Below are positions 14,576-31,000 of a stretch of 64,000 nt of DNA, piece after piece. The stretch covers positions 7,168,001-7,232,000 of the forward strand of contig CP068257.2 in the NCBI GenBank assembly GCA_009914755.4. The letters are read 5' to 3'. The notes below the pieces were generated by a model, which saw only the letters and a program-made list of their open reading frames with translations, was not told where the DNA came from and searched no databases. Positions within the stretch are counted from its first letter, which is position 1. Every line of letters starts with the position of its first letter. This stretch comes from the human T2T-CHM13v2.0 reference genome, Homo sapiens. The position numbers and the translations under genes were made by a program.

Positions 14576-17500
14576 CAACTGGAATAGAATGGAATGGAAT
14601 GGAATGGAATGGAATGGAAAGGAATGGAATGGAATCATCGTGAATGGAATGGAATGGTATGGGCAGGAACGGAATGGATTTGAATGGAATGGAATCAAAT
14701 GGAAAGGAATGGAATGAAATGGAATGGAATGGAATGGAATGCCATGGAATGGAATGGAATTAACCCAAGAGGAAAGGAATGGAATGGAATGGAGTTAACT
14801 CGAGTGGAATGGAATGGAATGGAATCAACACGATTGGAATGGAATGGAATGGAATGGAATGGAATGGAATTAACCCGAGTGACATGGGATGGAATGGAAT
14901 GGAATGGTGCAGAATGCAATAGAATGCAATGGAATCAACTCGAGGCGAAAGGAATGGAATGGAAAGTAATGAAATGGAATGGATAGGAATGGAATGCAAT
15001 GGAATGCAATGATATGGAATGGAGTCAAACCGAGAGGAATGTAATGGGAAGGAATTGAATGGAATGGTATGGAATGCAATGGAATGGAGTTGAATGTAAC
15101 AAACCCCAGAGGAATGGAATGGAATGGCATGGAATGGAATGGTATGGATAGGAATGGAATGGAATGGAATGGAATGGAATGCACTGGAATGGAACGGAAT
15201 GGAATGAAATCAAAAAGAGTGGAATGGAATGGAATGGAATAGAATTTAGTGGAATGGATTCAACGGGAATGGAATGAAATGGAATGGAATGGAATGAAAT
15301 GGAATGGAATGGAAACAAACCAACTGGAATGGAATGCAATGGAATGCAATGGAATGCAATGGAATTGAATTCAACGTAATGGAAACAAACCTAGTGGAAC
15401 GGAATGGAATGGAAAGGACTGAAATATAACGGAATGGATTGAAATCAAACCGATTCCAATGCAACGGAATGGAAAGGAATGGAATGGAATGGAAGGGAAT
15501 GGAATGGAATGGAATGGAATGGAACATAATTGAATGGAATGGAAGGGAATGGAATGGAATGGAATGGAATCAACCTGAGTGGAGTGGAATGGAATGGAAT
15601 GGAAAAGAAACGAAAAGAATAAAATGGAACGGAATGGAATGAACCCTAGTGAAATGGAGTTGAATGGAATGGAAAGGAACGGAATGGAATGGAATGGAAT
15701 GGAATGGAATGGAACAGAAGGGAAAGGAATGGAATGAACAAAAGTGGAATGGATTGGAATGGAATGGATTGGAATGGAATGGAATGGAATCAACCCGAGT
15801 GGAATAGAATGGAATGGAATGGAGTGGAATGGAATGGAATTGAATGGAATAGAATGTAGTGGAATGGAAGGGGAAGGAATTGAATGGAATGGAATGGAAT
15901 AGGATGGAACAGAATGGAAAGGAATCAACCTGAATGGAAAGAAATTGAATGGAATGGAATTGAACGGAATGCAATGGAATGAAACCCAGTGGAATGGAAT
16001 GGAATGGAATGGAAAGGAATGGAATTGAATGGAATGGAATGGAATGGAATGGTATGGAATCAACCCGAGTGGAAGAGTATGGAATGGATTGGAATGGAAA
16101 GGAACGGAATGGAATAAAATGGAATGGAATGGAATGGAATCAACCCGAGTGAAATGGAATTGAATAGAATGGAATGTAAACAACCCGAGTGGAATGGAAT
16201 GGAATGGAACGGAATGCAGTGGAATGGAATGGAATGGAATCAACCCGAGTGGAATGTAATGGAATGGAATGGAATGGAATGGAATGGAATCAACCCGAGT
16301 GGAATGGAATGGAATGGAAAGCAATATAATGGAATGGAATGGAATGGAATGGAATGGAATGGAATGGAATGGAATGGAATGGAATTCATTGGAATCAACT
16401 GGAATGGAATGGAATGGAATCAATCCGGGTTGAATGGAATGGAATGGAATAGAGTCGAATGGAACGCAGTGGAGTGGAATGGAATCAACTGGAATGGACT
16501 GAAAAGGAATGGAATTTAACGGAATCAACCCGAGTGGAATGCAATGGAATGGAATTGGATGGAATGGAATGGAGTGGAATCAACCCAAGTGGAATGGATT
16601 GGAATGGAGTGGAATGGATTGGAATGGCATGGAATGCAATGTAATCAACTACAATGGAATGGAATGGAATGGAAAGGAATCAACCTGAGTGGAATGCAGT
16701 GGAATGGAATGAATGGAAAGGAATGCAATGGAAAGAAATGGAATTTAAAGGAAACAACACGAGTGGAATGGAATGCAATGAATTGCAATGGAATGGAATG
16801 GAATGGAATGGAATGGAATGGAATGGAATGGAATTCAACGTAATGGAAACAAACCAAGTGAAAAGGAATGGAATGGAAAGGACTGGAAAGTAATGGAAAG
16901 GATTGGAATCAAACCGATTACAATGCAATGCAATGGAATTGAGTGGAATGGAATGGAAGGGAATGGAATGGAATGGAAAGAAACGGAATGGAATGTAAAG
17001 AAATGGAATTTAATTTAATGGAATGGAATGGAATGGAATGGAATGGCATGGAATGGAATGGAATGGCATGGAATGGAATGGAATGGAAAGGAATTAACCT
17101 GAGTGGAGTGGAATTGAATGGCATGGAAATGAATGGAATGGCATGGAATGGATGGGAACGGAAAGGAATGAACCCGAGTGGAATGGAATGGAATGGAATG
17201 GAATGCAATGGAATGGAATGGAATGGAATGGAACAGAATGGAATGGAATGGAATGGAATGAACACGAGTAGACTGGAATGGAATGGAATGGAATGGATTG
17301 GAATGAAATGGAATGGAGTCAACCCGAGTGGAATAGATTGCAATGGAATGGAGTGGTATGGAAAGGAATTTAATGGAATGGAATGGAGTGGAAAGGAATG
17401 GAATTGAATTGAATCGAAAGGAATGGAGTGTAGTGGAATGGGATGGAATGGAATGCAAAGGAATCAACCCGAATGGAATGGAATGGAATGGAATGCAATG

Positions 17501-20500
17501 GAATGGAATGGAAAGGAATGGAATGGAATGGAATGGAATGGAATGGAACAGTTTGGAATCAACCCGAGTGGATTAGTATGGAATGCAATGGAACGGAATG
17601 GAATGGAATAAAATAGAATGGAATCGAATAGAATCAACCCGAGTGAAATGGAATGGAATGGAATGGAATGGAATCATCCCGAGTGGAATGGAGCGGAATG
17701 GAATGCAATGGAATGGAATGGAATGGAAGGCATTGGAATGGAATGGAATGGAATGGAATGGAATGGAATGGAATGGAATGGAATGGAATCAATCCGGGTG
17801 GAATGGAAAGGAATGGAATGGAGTGGAATGGAATGGAACGGAATCAACCCGAATGGAATGGAATGGAATGGAATGGAATGGATCGGAATGGAATGCTATA
17901 GAAACAACCCGAATGTATTGGCAATGAATGGAACGGAATGAAATGGAATGGAATCATCCCAAGTGGAATGGAATGGAATGGAATGCAACGGAATCAACCC
18001 GAGTGGAATGGAAAGCAAAGGAATGGAATGGAATGGAATGGAATGGAAAGGAATGGAATGAAATCAACCCAAGTGGAATGGAATGGAATGGAATGGAATG
18101 GAACCAACCAGAGTAGAATGGAATGGAATGGAATGGAACGGAATGGAATGGGATGGAATGGAAAGGAATGGAATGGAATGGAATGGAAAGGAATCAACCC
18201 GAGAGGAATGGAATGGAATTGAATGGAATGGAATGGAATGGAATGGAATGGAATGGAAAGCAGTGGCATGGAATGGAATTTAATGGAATCAGCCCGAGTG
18301 GAATGGAATAGAATGGAATGCAATGGAATAGAATGGAAAGGAATGGAACGGAACAAAATGAAATGGAATAAAATGGAATGAACCCGAATGAAATGGAAGT
18401 AATGAACCCGAATGGAATGGAATTGAATGGAATGGATTGTAATGGAATGGAATTGAATGGAATCAACCAGAATGGAATGGAATGGAATGGAATGGATTGT
18501 AATGGAATGGAATTGAATGGAATCAACCAGAATGGAATGGAATGGAATGGAATGGATTGGAATGGAATGGAATGGAATGGAGTGAAATGGAATGGAATCA
18601 ACCCGAGTGGAATGGAATGGAATGGAAGGGAATGGAATGGAAGGGAAAGGAATGGAAAGGAATGGAATGGATTGGTATGGCATCAACATTAGCAGAATGG
18701 AATGGAATGGAATGGAAAAGAATGGAATGGAATAAAATGGAAGGGAATGCAATGGAATCAACCCGAATGAAATGGAGTGGAATGGAATGGAATGGAATCA
18801 ACCTGAGTGGAATGGAATTGAATGGAATGGAATGGAATGGAAACAACCCGAGTGGAATGGAATGGAATGGAATGGAATCAACCCGAGTGGAGTGGAATGG
18901 AATGAAACAGAATGGAATGGAATCAACCCCAGTTGAATGGAATGGAATGCAATGGAATGTAATGGAACAGTATGGAATGGAATAGAATGGAATGGAATCA
19001 ACTCGAGGGGAAAGGAATGGAATGGAAAGGAATGGAATGGAATTGATTGGAATGGAATGCAATGGAATGGAATGGTATGGAATGGAGTCAAACCGAGAGG
19101 AATGTAATTGAATGGAATTGAATGGAATGGAATGCAATGCAATGGAATGGAATGGAAACAACCCGAGTGAAATGGAATGCAATGGAGTGCAATGGAATGG
19201 AATGGAATGGAATTCAACGTAATGAAATCAAACCGAGTGGAATGGAATGCAATAGAAACGACTGAAATGTAATGGAATGGATTGGAATCAACCCGATTCC
19301 AATGCAACGGAGTGGAATGGAATGGAAAGGAATGGAATGGAATGGAATCAACCCGAGTGGAGTGTAATGGAATGGAATGGAAATGAATGGAATGGAATGG
19401 AATGGAATGGAACGGAATGGAATGAACCCGAGTGGAATGGAATGTAATGGAATGGAAAGGAACGGAATGGAATGGAATGGTATGGAATGGAATGAACACA
19501 AGTGGAATGGAGTGGAATGGAATGAAATTGAATGGAATGGAATGGAGTGGAATGGAAGGGGAAGGAATTGAATGGAAAGGAATGGAATGGAATGGGATGG
19601 GATGGAATAGAATGGAAAGGAATCAACCCGAATGAAATGGAGTGGAGTGGAATGGAATGGAAACAACCCGAGTGGAATGGAATGGAATGGAAAGGAATGG
19701 AATGGAAGGGAAAGGAATGTAATACAATGGTATGGAACAGAGTCAACCCGAGTGGAATGGAATGGAATGGAATGGATTGGAATGGAATGGAATGGAATGC
19801 AATGGAATGGAAAGAATTAACACGAATGGAATGCATTGGATTGGAATGGAAAGGAATGGAATGGAATGGAATGGAATGGAATGGAATGCAATGGAATGGA
19901 ATCAACACTAGTGGAATGATATGGAATGGAACGGAATGGAATGGAATGGAAAGGAATGGAATGGTATGGAATCAACCCAAGGGGAATGGAATGGACTGTA
20001 AAGGAATGGAACGGAATGGAATGGAATAAAATGTATTGGAATGGTATGGAACCAACCCGAGTGAAGTGGAATGGAATGGAATGTAATGGAATCAACGGGA
20101 ATGGAATGAAAAGGAATGGAATGGAATTCAATGTAATGGAATGGAATTCAATGGAATGGAAACAAATGGAAAGGAATGGAATGGAATGGAATGGAATGGA
20201 ATGGAATGGAATGGATAGGAATGGAATGGAATCAAACTGAGAGGAATGGATTGCAATGGAATGGAATTATCCCGAGTGGAATGGAATGGAATGGAATCAA
20301 CCCGAGTGGAATGGAAGGGAATGGAATGCAATGGAATGGAACAGAATAGAATTAGCCCGAGTGGCATGGAAGGGAATGGAATGGAATGGAATGGAATGGA
20401 ATGGAATGGAATCAACCCGATTGGAATGGAATGGAATGGAATGGAACGGTATGGAATGGAATAGAATGGAATGGAATCAACTCGAGTGGAAAGGAATGGA

Positions 20501-23500
20501 ATGGAAAGGAATGGAACGGAATAGAAAGGAATGGAATGCAGTGGAATGCAATGGCATGGAATGGATTCAACATGAGTGGAGTGGAATGGAATGGAATGGA
20601 ATTGAATGGAATGGAATGCAATGGAATGGAGTGGAATGGAATAAACACCAGTGGAATTGAATGGAATGGTATGGAATGGAATGGACAGGAATGGAATGGA
20701 ATGGAATGGAATGGAATGAACAGGAATGGATTGGAATCGAATGAAATCCACCCGAGTGAAATGGAATGGGTTGGGACGGGATGGAATGGAATGGAATGGA
20801 ATGGAATGGAATTAACCCGAGTGGCATGGAATGGAATGGAATGGAATAAACCCTAGTGGAATCGATTGGAATGGAGTGGAATGGAATGGAATGGCATGGA
20901 ATGCAATGGAATCAACTAGAATGGAAAGGAACGAAATCAACCTCAGTGGAATGGAATGGAATGGAATTTAATGAATGGAATGGAATAGAATGGAAACTAA
21001 TAGAAAGGAAAGAAAAGAACCCGAGTGGAATGGAATGCAATGGAATGCAGTGCAATGGAATGGAATGGAACGGAATTCAACGTAATGGAAACAAACCGAG
21101 TGGAATGGAATGGAATGGAATGGAAAGGATTGGAATGTAATGGAATGGACTGGAATAAACCTGATTCAAATGCAACGGAATGGAATGGAATGGAATGGAA
21201 TGGAATGAAATGGAAGGGAAAGAAATGGAATGGAAATGAATGGAATGGAATGGTATGGAATGGAATAGAATGGAATGGAATCAACACGAGTGGAAAGGAA
21301 TGGAATGGAAAGCAATGTAATGGAAAGGAAAGGAATGGAATGCAATGGTATGGAATGGTATCAACCCGAGTGGAATGGAATGGAATGTAATGGAAGAGAA
21401 TGGAATGGAAAACAGGAATGGAATGGAATCGAATGAAATCAACCGGAGTGGAATAGAGAGGAATGGAATGGAATGGAATGGAACGGAATGGAATGGATTC
21501 AACCTGAGTGGAATGGAATGGAATGGAATGGAATGAATGGAATGGAATGGAAGGGAAACTAATGGAAAGTAAAGGAAAGAACCCGAGTGGAATGGAATGC
21601 AATGCAATATAATGGAATGGAAAGGAATTCAAAGTAATGGAAACAAACCGAGTGGAATGGAATGGAATGGAAAGGATTGGAATGTAATGGAATGGATTGA
21701 AATCAACCCGATTCCAATGTAACGGAATGGAATGGAATGGAATGGAATGGAAAACAGGAATGGAATAGAAACGAATGAAATCAACCCAAATGGAATAGAA
21801 TGGAATGGAATGGAAAGGAATGGAATGGAATGGAAACAACTGGAATGGATTGGAATGCAATGCAATGGAATGGAATGGAATCAACCCGAGTGGAATGCAA
21901 TGGAATAGAACTGAATGGAATGGAATGGAATGGAATCAAACTAAGTGGAATGGATTGGAATGGAGTGGAATGGAATGGAACGGCATGGAGTGCAATGTAA
22001 TCAACTAGAATGGAATGGAATGGAATGGAATGGAATGGAACGGAGTCAACCTGAGTTTAATGGAGTGGAATGGAATGAATGGAAAGGGATGGAATGGAAA
22101 CTAATGGAAAGGAAAGAAAACAACCCGAGTGGAATGGAATGCAATGAATTGCAATGGAATAGAACGGAATGGAATGGAATTCAATGTAATGCAATCAAAC
22201 CGAGTGTAATGGAATGGAATGGAAAGGACTGGAAAGTAATGGAATGGATTGGAATCAAACCTATTACAATGCAACGGAATGGAATTGAATGGAATGGAAT
22301 GGAAGGGAATGGAATGGAACCTAAAGGAATGGAACGAACTGGAATGGAATGTAAAGAAATTGAATTGAATTGAATTGAATTGAATGGAATGGAATGGAAT
22401 GGAATGGAATTAACCTGAGTGGAGTGGAATTGAATGGAATGGAAATGAATGGAATGGAATGGAATGGAAAGGAACGGAAAGGAATGAACCCGAGTGGAAT
22501 GGAATGGAATGGAATGGAATGGAATGGAATGAAAAGGAATGGACTGGAATGGAATGGAATGGAATGGAATGGAATGGAATGGAATGGAACAGAGTGGAAT
22601 GGAATGGAATGGAATGGAATGGAATGCAATGGAATGGAATGGAACGGAGTGGAATGGAATGGAATGGAATGGAACGGAGTGGAATGGAATGGAATGGAAT
22701 GGAATGGAATGGAATGGAATGGATTGGAATGAAATGGAATGGAATCAACCTGAGTGGAATAGAGTGGAATGGAATGGATTGGTATGGAAAGGAATTGAAT
22801 GAAATGGAATGGAATGGAGTGGAATGGAATGGAATTGAATTGAATCGAAGGGAATGGAGTGTAATGGAATGAGATGGAATGGAATGGAAAGGAGTCAACC
22901 CAAATGGAATGGAATGGAATGGAATGCAATGGAATGGAATGGAATCAACCGTGTGGAATGGAATGGAAAGGAATGGAATGGAATGGAAAGGAACGGAATG
23001 GAATGGTATGGAATCAACCCGAGTGGAATCGTATGGAATGCAATGGAAAGGAATGGAGTGGAATAAAGTGGAATGGAATGGAATGGAATCAACCCGAGTG
23101 AAATGGAACCGAATGGAATCAACACGAGTGAAATGGAATGGAGTGGAATGAAATGGAATCAACCAGAGTGGAATGGAATGGAATGGAATGCAATGGAATG
23201 GAATGGAATGGAATGGAAGGCATTGGAATCAACTGGAATGGAATGGAATGGAATGGAATCAATCCGGGTGGAATGGAATGGAATGGAATGGAATGGAGTG
23301 GAATGGAATGGAATGGAACGGAATGGAATCAATCCTGGTAGAATGGAATGGAATGGAATGGAGTGGAATGCTATGGAACGGAATCAACCCGAATGGAATG
23401 GAATGGAATGGAATGGAATGGGATGGAATGGAATGCAATGGAATGGAATGGATTTAACCCGATTGGAATGGAATGGAATGGAATGGAATGGAATGGAATG

Positions 23501-25049
23501 GAATGGACTGGAATGGAATCAACGCGAGTGGAATGGAGTGGAATGGAATGCAATGGAATGGAATGGAATGGAAGGCATTGGAATCAACTGGAATGGAATG
23601 GAATGGGACGGAATCAATCCGGGTGGAATGGAATGGAATAGAATGGAGTGGAATAGAATGGAACGGAATCAACCCAAATGAAATGGAATGGAAAGGAATG
23701 GAATGGAATGGAATGGAATGGAATGGAATGGAATGGAATGGATTGGAATGGAATGGAATGGAATGCAATGGAATGGAATGGAATGGAATTAACACGAGTG
23801 AAATAGAATGGAATGAAATCAACTGGAATGGACTGAAATGTAATGGAATGGAATGGAATCAACCCGAGTGTAATGCAATGGAATGGAATGGAATGGAATG
23901 GAATGGAATGGAGTCAACCCAAGTGGAATGGATTGGAATGGAGTGGAATGGAATGGAACGGCATGGAATGCAAAGGAATCAACTGCAATGGAATGCAAAG
24001 GAATGGAATGGAATTGAATGGAATGGAATGGAATCAACCTGAGTTTAAGGGAGTGGAATGGAATGAATGGAAAGGAACGGAGTGGAAACTAATGGAATGG
24101 AAAGAAAACAACCCGAGTGGAATGGAATGCAATGAATTGCAATGGAATGGAATGGAATGCAATGGAATTCAACGTAATGTAAACAAACCGAGAGTAACGG
24201 AATGGAATGGAAAGACAGGAAAGTAATGGAATGGATTGGAACCAAACTGATTACAATGCAACGGAATGAAATTTAATGGAAGGGAAAGGAAGGGAATGGA
24301 ATGGAATGGAAAGGAATGGAATGAACTGGAATGGAATGTAAAGAAATGGAATTTAATTGAATGGAATGGAATGGAATGGAATGGAATTAACCAGAGTGGC
24401 GTGGAATTGAATGGAATGGAAATGAACGGAATGGAATGGAATGGAAAGGAACGCAAAGGAATGGATTGGAATGAAATGGAATGGAATCATCTCTGGTGGA
24501 ATCGAGTGGAATGGAATGGATTGGTATGGAAAGGAATCGAATGGAATGGAATGGAGGGGAAGGGAGTGGAATTGAATTGAATCGAATGGAATGGAGTGTA
24601 ATGGAATGGGAAGGAATGGAATGTAAAGGAATGCAATGCAATGGAATGGAATGGAATCAACCGTGTGGAATGGAATGGAATGGAATGGACAGGAATGGAA
24701 TGGAATGGAATGGAATGGAATGGAATGGTATGGAATCAACCCGATTGGAATAGTATGGAATGCAATGGAATGGAATGGAAAGGAATAAAATGGAATGGAA
24801 TGGAATGGAATCAACCCGAGTAAAATGGAATGGAATGGAATAGAATGGAATCAACCCAAGTGGAATGGAATGGAATGGAATGGAAAGAATGGAATGGAAT
24901 GGAATGGAATGCAATGGAATGGAATGGAATCAGATGGAATGGAATGGAGACAAGTGCAATGGAATGGAATGGATTGGAATTTAATGTAATGGAATCAACA
25001 CGAGTGGAATAGAATGGAATGGAATCGAGTGGAATGGAATGGAATTGAA

Positions 25050-28000
25050 TGGCATAGAATGGAGTGGAATGGAAGGGAAAGGAAATAAATGGAATGGAAT
25101 GGAATGGAATGGAATGGAATGGAATGGAATGGAATGGAATGGGATGGAATGGGATGGAATAGAATGGAAAGAATCAACCAGAAAGGAAAGGAGTGGAAGG
25201 GAAAGAATGGAACGGAATGGAATGGAATGGAATGTTATAGAAGGGAATGGAATCAACTCGAGGGGAAAGGAATGGAATGGAAAGGAATGGAATGGAATGG
25301 ATTGGAATGGATTGCAATGAAATGCAATGGTATGGAATGGAGTCAACCCAAGAGCAATGTAATGGAATGGAATAGAATGGAATGGAATGGAATGCAATGG
25401 AATTGAGTTGAATGGAATAAACCCCAGAGGAATGGAATGGAATGACATGGAATGGAATGGTATGGATAGGAATGGAATGGAATGGAATGGAATAAACTGG
25501 AATGGAATGGAATGGAATGAAATCAAAAAAAGTGGACTGGAATGGAATGGAATGGAATTTAATGGAATGGAATCAACTGGAATGGAATGAAATGGAATGG
25601 AATGAAATGGAATGGAATGGAATGGAATGGAAACAACCCAAGTGGAATGGAATGCAATGGAATGCAATGGAATGCAATGGAATCGAATTCAACGTAATGT
25701 AAACAAACCGAGTGGAACGCAATGGAATGGAAAGGACTGAAATGTAATGGAAGTGATTGGAATCAAACCGATACCAATGCAACGGAATGGAAAGGAATGG
25801 TATCGAAAGGAAGGGAATGGAATGGAATGGAAAGGAATGGAATGAACTGGAAAGGAATGGAATGGAATGGAATATAATGGAATGGAATGGAATGGAATCA
25901 ACCCGAATGGAATGGAGTGGAATGGAATGAAATGGAATGGAATGCAATGGCAGGTATCAGAAACAACTGGAATGGAATGGAATGGAATGGAATGGAGTTG
26001 AATGGAAGGGAATGGAATGGAGTAAACCCGAATGGAATGGAATGGAATGGAAAGGAATGGAATGGATTTGAATGGAATGGAATGGAATGGAGTGGAATGG
26101 AATAGAATGGAATGGATTGGAATGGAATGGAATGGAATCATCCCGAGAGGAATGGAATGGAATGGAATGGAGTTTTCCCGAGTGGAATGGAATGGAATGG
26201 AATCAACCCGAATGAAATGGTATGGAATGGAATAGAATGGAATGGAATCAACTCGAGGGGAAAGGAGTGGATTGGAATGGAATTGAATGGAATGGAATAT
26301 AATTGAATGGAATGGAATGAAATGGAATCAACCCAAGTGGAGTGGAATGCAATGGAACGGAAATGAGTGGAATGGAATTGAACGAAATGGAATTAACTCG
26401 AGGTGAATGGAATGGAATGGCATGGAATCGAATGGAATCAACCCGAGAGGAATGGAATGGAATGGAAAGCAATGGAATGAAACGGAAAGGTATGCAATGG
26501 AATCAACTGGAATGGAATGGAATGGAATGGAATGGAATGGAATGCATTGGAATCAACTGGAATGGAATGGAATCAACTGGAATGGAATGGAATGGAATCA
26601 ACTGGAATGGATTGAAATGGAATGGAATGGAATGCATTGGAATGGAATGGAAACAACCGAAGTGGAATGGAATGCAATGGAACGGAAATGAATGGAATGG
26701 AATGGAACGGAATGGAGTTAACTCGAGGTGAATGGAATGGAATGGCATGGAATGGAATGGAATCAAACCGAGTGGAATGGAATGGAATGGAAAGCAATGG
26801 AATGGAATGGAATGGAATGCATTGGAATCAACAGGAATGGAATGGAATGGAATGGAATGGAATGCATTGGAATCAACTGGAATGGAATGGAATGGAATCA
26901 ATCCGGTTGAATGGAGTGGAATGGAATGGAGTGGAATGGAACGCAATGGAGTGGAATGGAATTGAATGGAATAGAATGGAGTCAAACCGAATGGAAGGGA
27001 ATGGAATGGTATGGAATGGAATATAATGGAATGGAATAGAAAGGAATGCTATGGAATCAACCCGAGTAGCATGGAAATGAATGGAATGGAATGGAATGCA
27101 TTCAACCCAAGAGGAATGGAATGGAATGGAATGAAACGGAATCAACCATAGTGGAATGGAATGTAAAGGAATGAAATGGAATCCACCCAAGAGGAATGGA
27201 ATGGAACGGAATGGAATGGAAGGAAAGGAATGAAATGGAATGGAATCAACCCGAGTGGAATGGAATGGAATGGAAAGGAAAGGAATGGAATGGAATGGAA
27301 TGGAATGGAATGGAAGGGTATGGAATCAAACCGAGTGGAATGGTATGGAATGGAATGGAATGGAACGGAATGGACTGGAATAAAATGGAATGGAATGGAA
27401 TGGAATCAACCCGACGGAAATGGAATGGAATGTAATGGAATGGAATAAAACCGAGTGGAATAGAATGGAATGGAATGGAATGGTATGGAATGGAATCAAC
27501 CCGAGTGGAATGGAATGGAATGGAATGGAATGGAATAAACTGGAGTGGAATGGAATTGAATGGCACGGAATGGAATGGAATTAACCCGAGTGGCATGGAA
27601 TGGAATGGTATAGAATGTAATAGAATGGAATGGAATCAACTCGAGTGGAAAGGAATGGAATGAAAAGGAATGGAATGGAATGGAATGGATAGGAATGGAA
27701 TGCATTGGAAAGCAATGGTATGGAATGGATTCAACCCGAGAGGAATGTAATGGAATGGAATGGAATGGAATGCAATGGAATGGAGTTGCATGAAATAAAC
27801 CCCATAGGAATGGAATGGAATGGAACGGCATGGAATGGAATGGTATGGATAGGAATGGATAGGAATGGAATGGAATGGAATGGAATGGAATGGAATGGAA
27901 TGGAATGCAATGGAATGGAATGCAATGGAATGGAATGGAAAAAGCTGAAGTGGAATGGAATGCAATGGAATGCAATGGAATGAAATTCAACGTAATGGAA

Positions 28001-31000
28001 ACAAACAGAGTGGAATGGAATGGAATGGAAAGGACTGAAATGTAATGGAAGTGATTGGAATCAAACCGATTCCATTGCAAAGGAATGGAAAGTAATGGAA
28101 TATGATACAAGGGAGTGGAATGGAATGGAAAGGAATGGAATTAACTGGAATGGAATGGAATGGAATGGAATGTAATATAATTGAATGGAATGGAATGGAA
28201 TGAACCCGAGTGGACTGGAATGGAATGGAATGGAAATGAATCGAATGCAAAAAAATGGAACGGAATGGAATGAACCCAAGTGGAACGGAATTGAATTGAA
28301 TGGAATGGAATGGAAAGGAACAGAACGGAACGAAATGGAATGGAATGGAATGGAATGGAATGCAATGGAATGGAATGAACAAATGTGGAATGGAATGGAA
28401 TGGAATGGATTGGAATGGGATGCAATGGAATCAACCCGAGTGGAACAGAATGGAATGGAAAGGAGTGGAATGGAATGGAATTGAATGGAATAGAATGGAG
28501 TGGAATGGAAGGGGATGTAATAGAATGGAATGGAATGGAATGGGATGGAACAGAATGGAAAGGAGTCAACCTGAATGGAAAGAAATGGTATGGAATGGAA
28601 TGGAAGGGAATGGAATGGAACGGAATGGAATGGAATGGAATGGAAAGGAATGGAATTGAATGGAATGGAATGGAATGGTATGGAGTCAACCCGAGTGGAA
28701 TACTATGGAACGGAATGGAATGGAATGGAATGGAATAAAATGGAATGGAATGGAATGGAATCAACCAGAGTGAAATGGCATGGAATAGAATGGAATGGAA
28801 TCAACCCGAGTGGAATGGAATGGAATGGAATGGAATGGAGTGGAATGGAACGGAATGGAATGGAATGGAATGGAGTGGAATGGAACGGAATGGAATGCAA
28901 TGGAGTGGAATGGAATGGAATGGATTTGAATGGAATAAACCCCAGAGGAATGGAATGGAATGGAACGGCATGGAATGGAATGGTATGGATAGGAATGGAT
29001 AGGAATGAAACGGAATGGAATGGAACGGAATGGAATGGAATGGAATGGAATGGAGTGGAGTGGAATGGAATGGAATGGAACAGAATCAACGCGAGTGGAA
29101 TGGAATGCAATGGAAGGCAATGGAGTGGAATGGAATTCAATGGAAGGCAATGAAATGGAATGGAATGGAATGTATTGGAATCAACTGGAATGGAATGGAA
29201 TGGAATGGAATGGAATGGAATGGAATGGAGTCAATCCGGGTTGAATGGAATGCAATGAAATGATGTTGAATGGAATGCAATGGAGTGGAATGGAATGGAA
29301 TGGAATGGAATGGAATGGAATGGAATGGAATCAACCCGAATGGAATGGAATGGAATGCAATGGAATGGAAGGGAACGGAATGCTATGGAAACAACCCGAG
29401 TGGAATGCAAATGAATGGAATGGAATGGAATCAACCCAAGTGGAAAGGAATGGAATGGAATGCAATGGAATCAAACAGAGTGGAATGGAATGGAAAGGAA
29501 TGGAATGCAATGGAACGGAATTGAAAGGAATGGAATGGAATCAACCCAAGAGGAATGGAATGGAATGGAATGGAATGGAATAGAATGTCATGGAATGGAG
29601 TGGAATGGAATCAACCAGAGTGGAATGGAACGGAATGGAATGGAATGGAATGGGAGGCAATGGAATGGAATGGAATGGAATGGAATGGAAACAACCCGAG
29701 TGGAATGGAATGGAATGGAATGGGATGGACTGGAATGGAATGGAATGGAATGGAATGGAATGGAATGGAATGGAAAGGTATGGCATGGAATGGAATGGAA
29801 TTCAATCAGCCCGAGTGGAATGGAATGGAATGGAATGCAATGGAATGGAATTGAAAGGAATGGAATGGAATCAACCCAAGAGGAATGGAATGGAATGGAA
29901 TGGAATGGAATGTCATGGAATGGAGTGGAATGGAATCAACCAGAGTGGAATGGAACGGAATGGAATGGAATGGAATGGGAGGCAATGGAATGGAATGGAA
30001 TGGAATGGAAACAACCCGAGTGGAATGGAATGGAATGGAATGGGATGGACTGGAATGGAATGGAAGGGAATGGAATGGAATGGAATGGAATGGAATGGAA
30101 TGGAATGGAAAGGAATGGCATGGAATGGAATGGAATGCAATCAGCCAGAGTGGTATGGAATGGAATGGAATGCAATGGAATGGAATGGAAAAGAATGGAA
30201 TGGAACAGAATGGAATGGAATAAAATGGAATGAACCTGAATGGAATGGAAGAAATGAACCTGAATGGAATGGAATTGAATGGAATTGATTGGAATGGAAT
30301 GGAATGGAATCAACCCGAGTGGAATGGAATGGAATGCAATGGAGTGGAATGGAACGCAATTGAATGGAATGGAATAGAACAGAATGCAATGAAATGGAAT
30401 GGAATGGAACGGAATGGAATGGAATGGAGTGGAATGGAGTGAAATGGAATGGAATAAACCCAAATGGAATGGAATGGAATGGAATGGAAGGCAATGAAAT
30501 GGAATGGAATGAAACCGAGTAGAATGGAATGGAAGGGAATGGAAAGGAAGGGAAATGAATGGAAACGAATGGAAAGGATTGGTATGGAATCAACATTAGT
30601 GGAATGGAATGGAATGGACTCGAACAGAATGGAATGGAGTGGAATGGAATGGAATGGAATCAACCCGAGTGGAATGCAATTGAATGGTATGGAATGGAAT
30701 GGAATGGAACCAACGCGAGAGGAATGGAATGGAATGGAATGGAATGGAATCAACCCGAGTGGAATGGAATGGAATGGAATAGAATGGAATGGAATGGAAT
30801 GGAATGGAATGGAAAGGAATGGAATGGAATCAACCCGAATGGAATGGAATGGAAAGGAATGGAATGGAACGGAATGGAATCGAATGGAATGGAATCAACC
30901 CGAGTGGAATGGAATGGAATAGAATGGAATTGAATCAATCTGAGTGGAATGGAATGCAATGCAATGGAATGGAATGGAACGATATGGAATGGAATAGAAT

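Noticed and set aside
15371-16528. Long ORFs (385 aa here; also 339 aa at 54901-55920, 310 aa at 10806-11738, 307 aa at 6412-7335, 305 aa at 31354-32271)
   Set aside because: They are translations of ATTCC/GGAAT repeats (HSIPFHSIPF / MEWNGMEWNG). They are open only because the pentamer lacks stop codons. They are pure low-complexity with no plausible protein.
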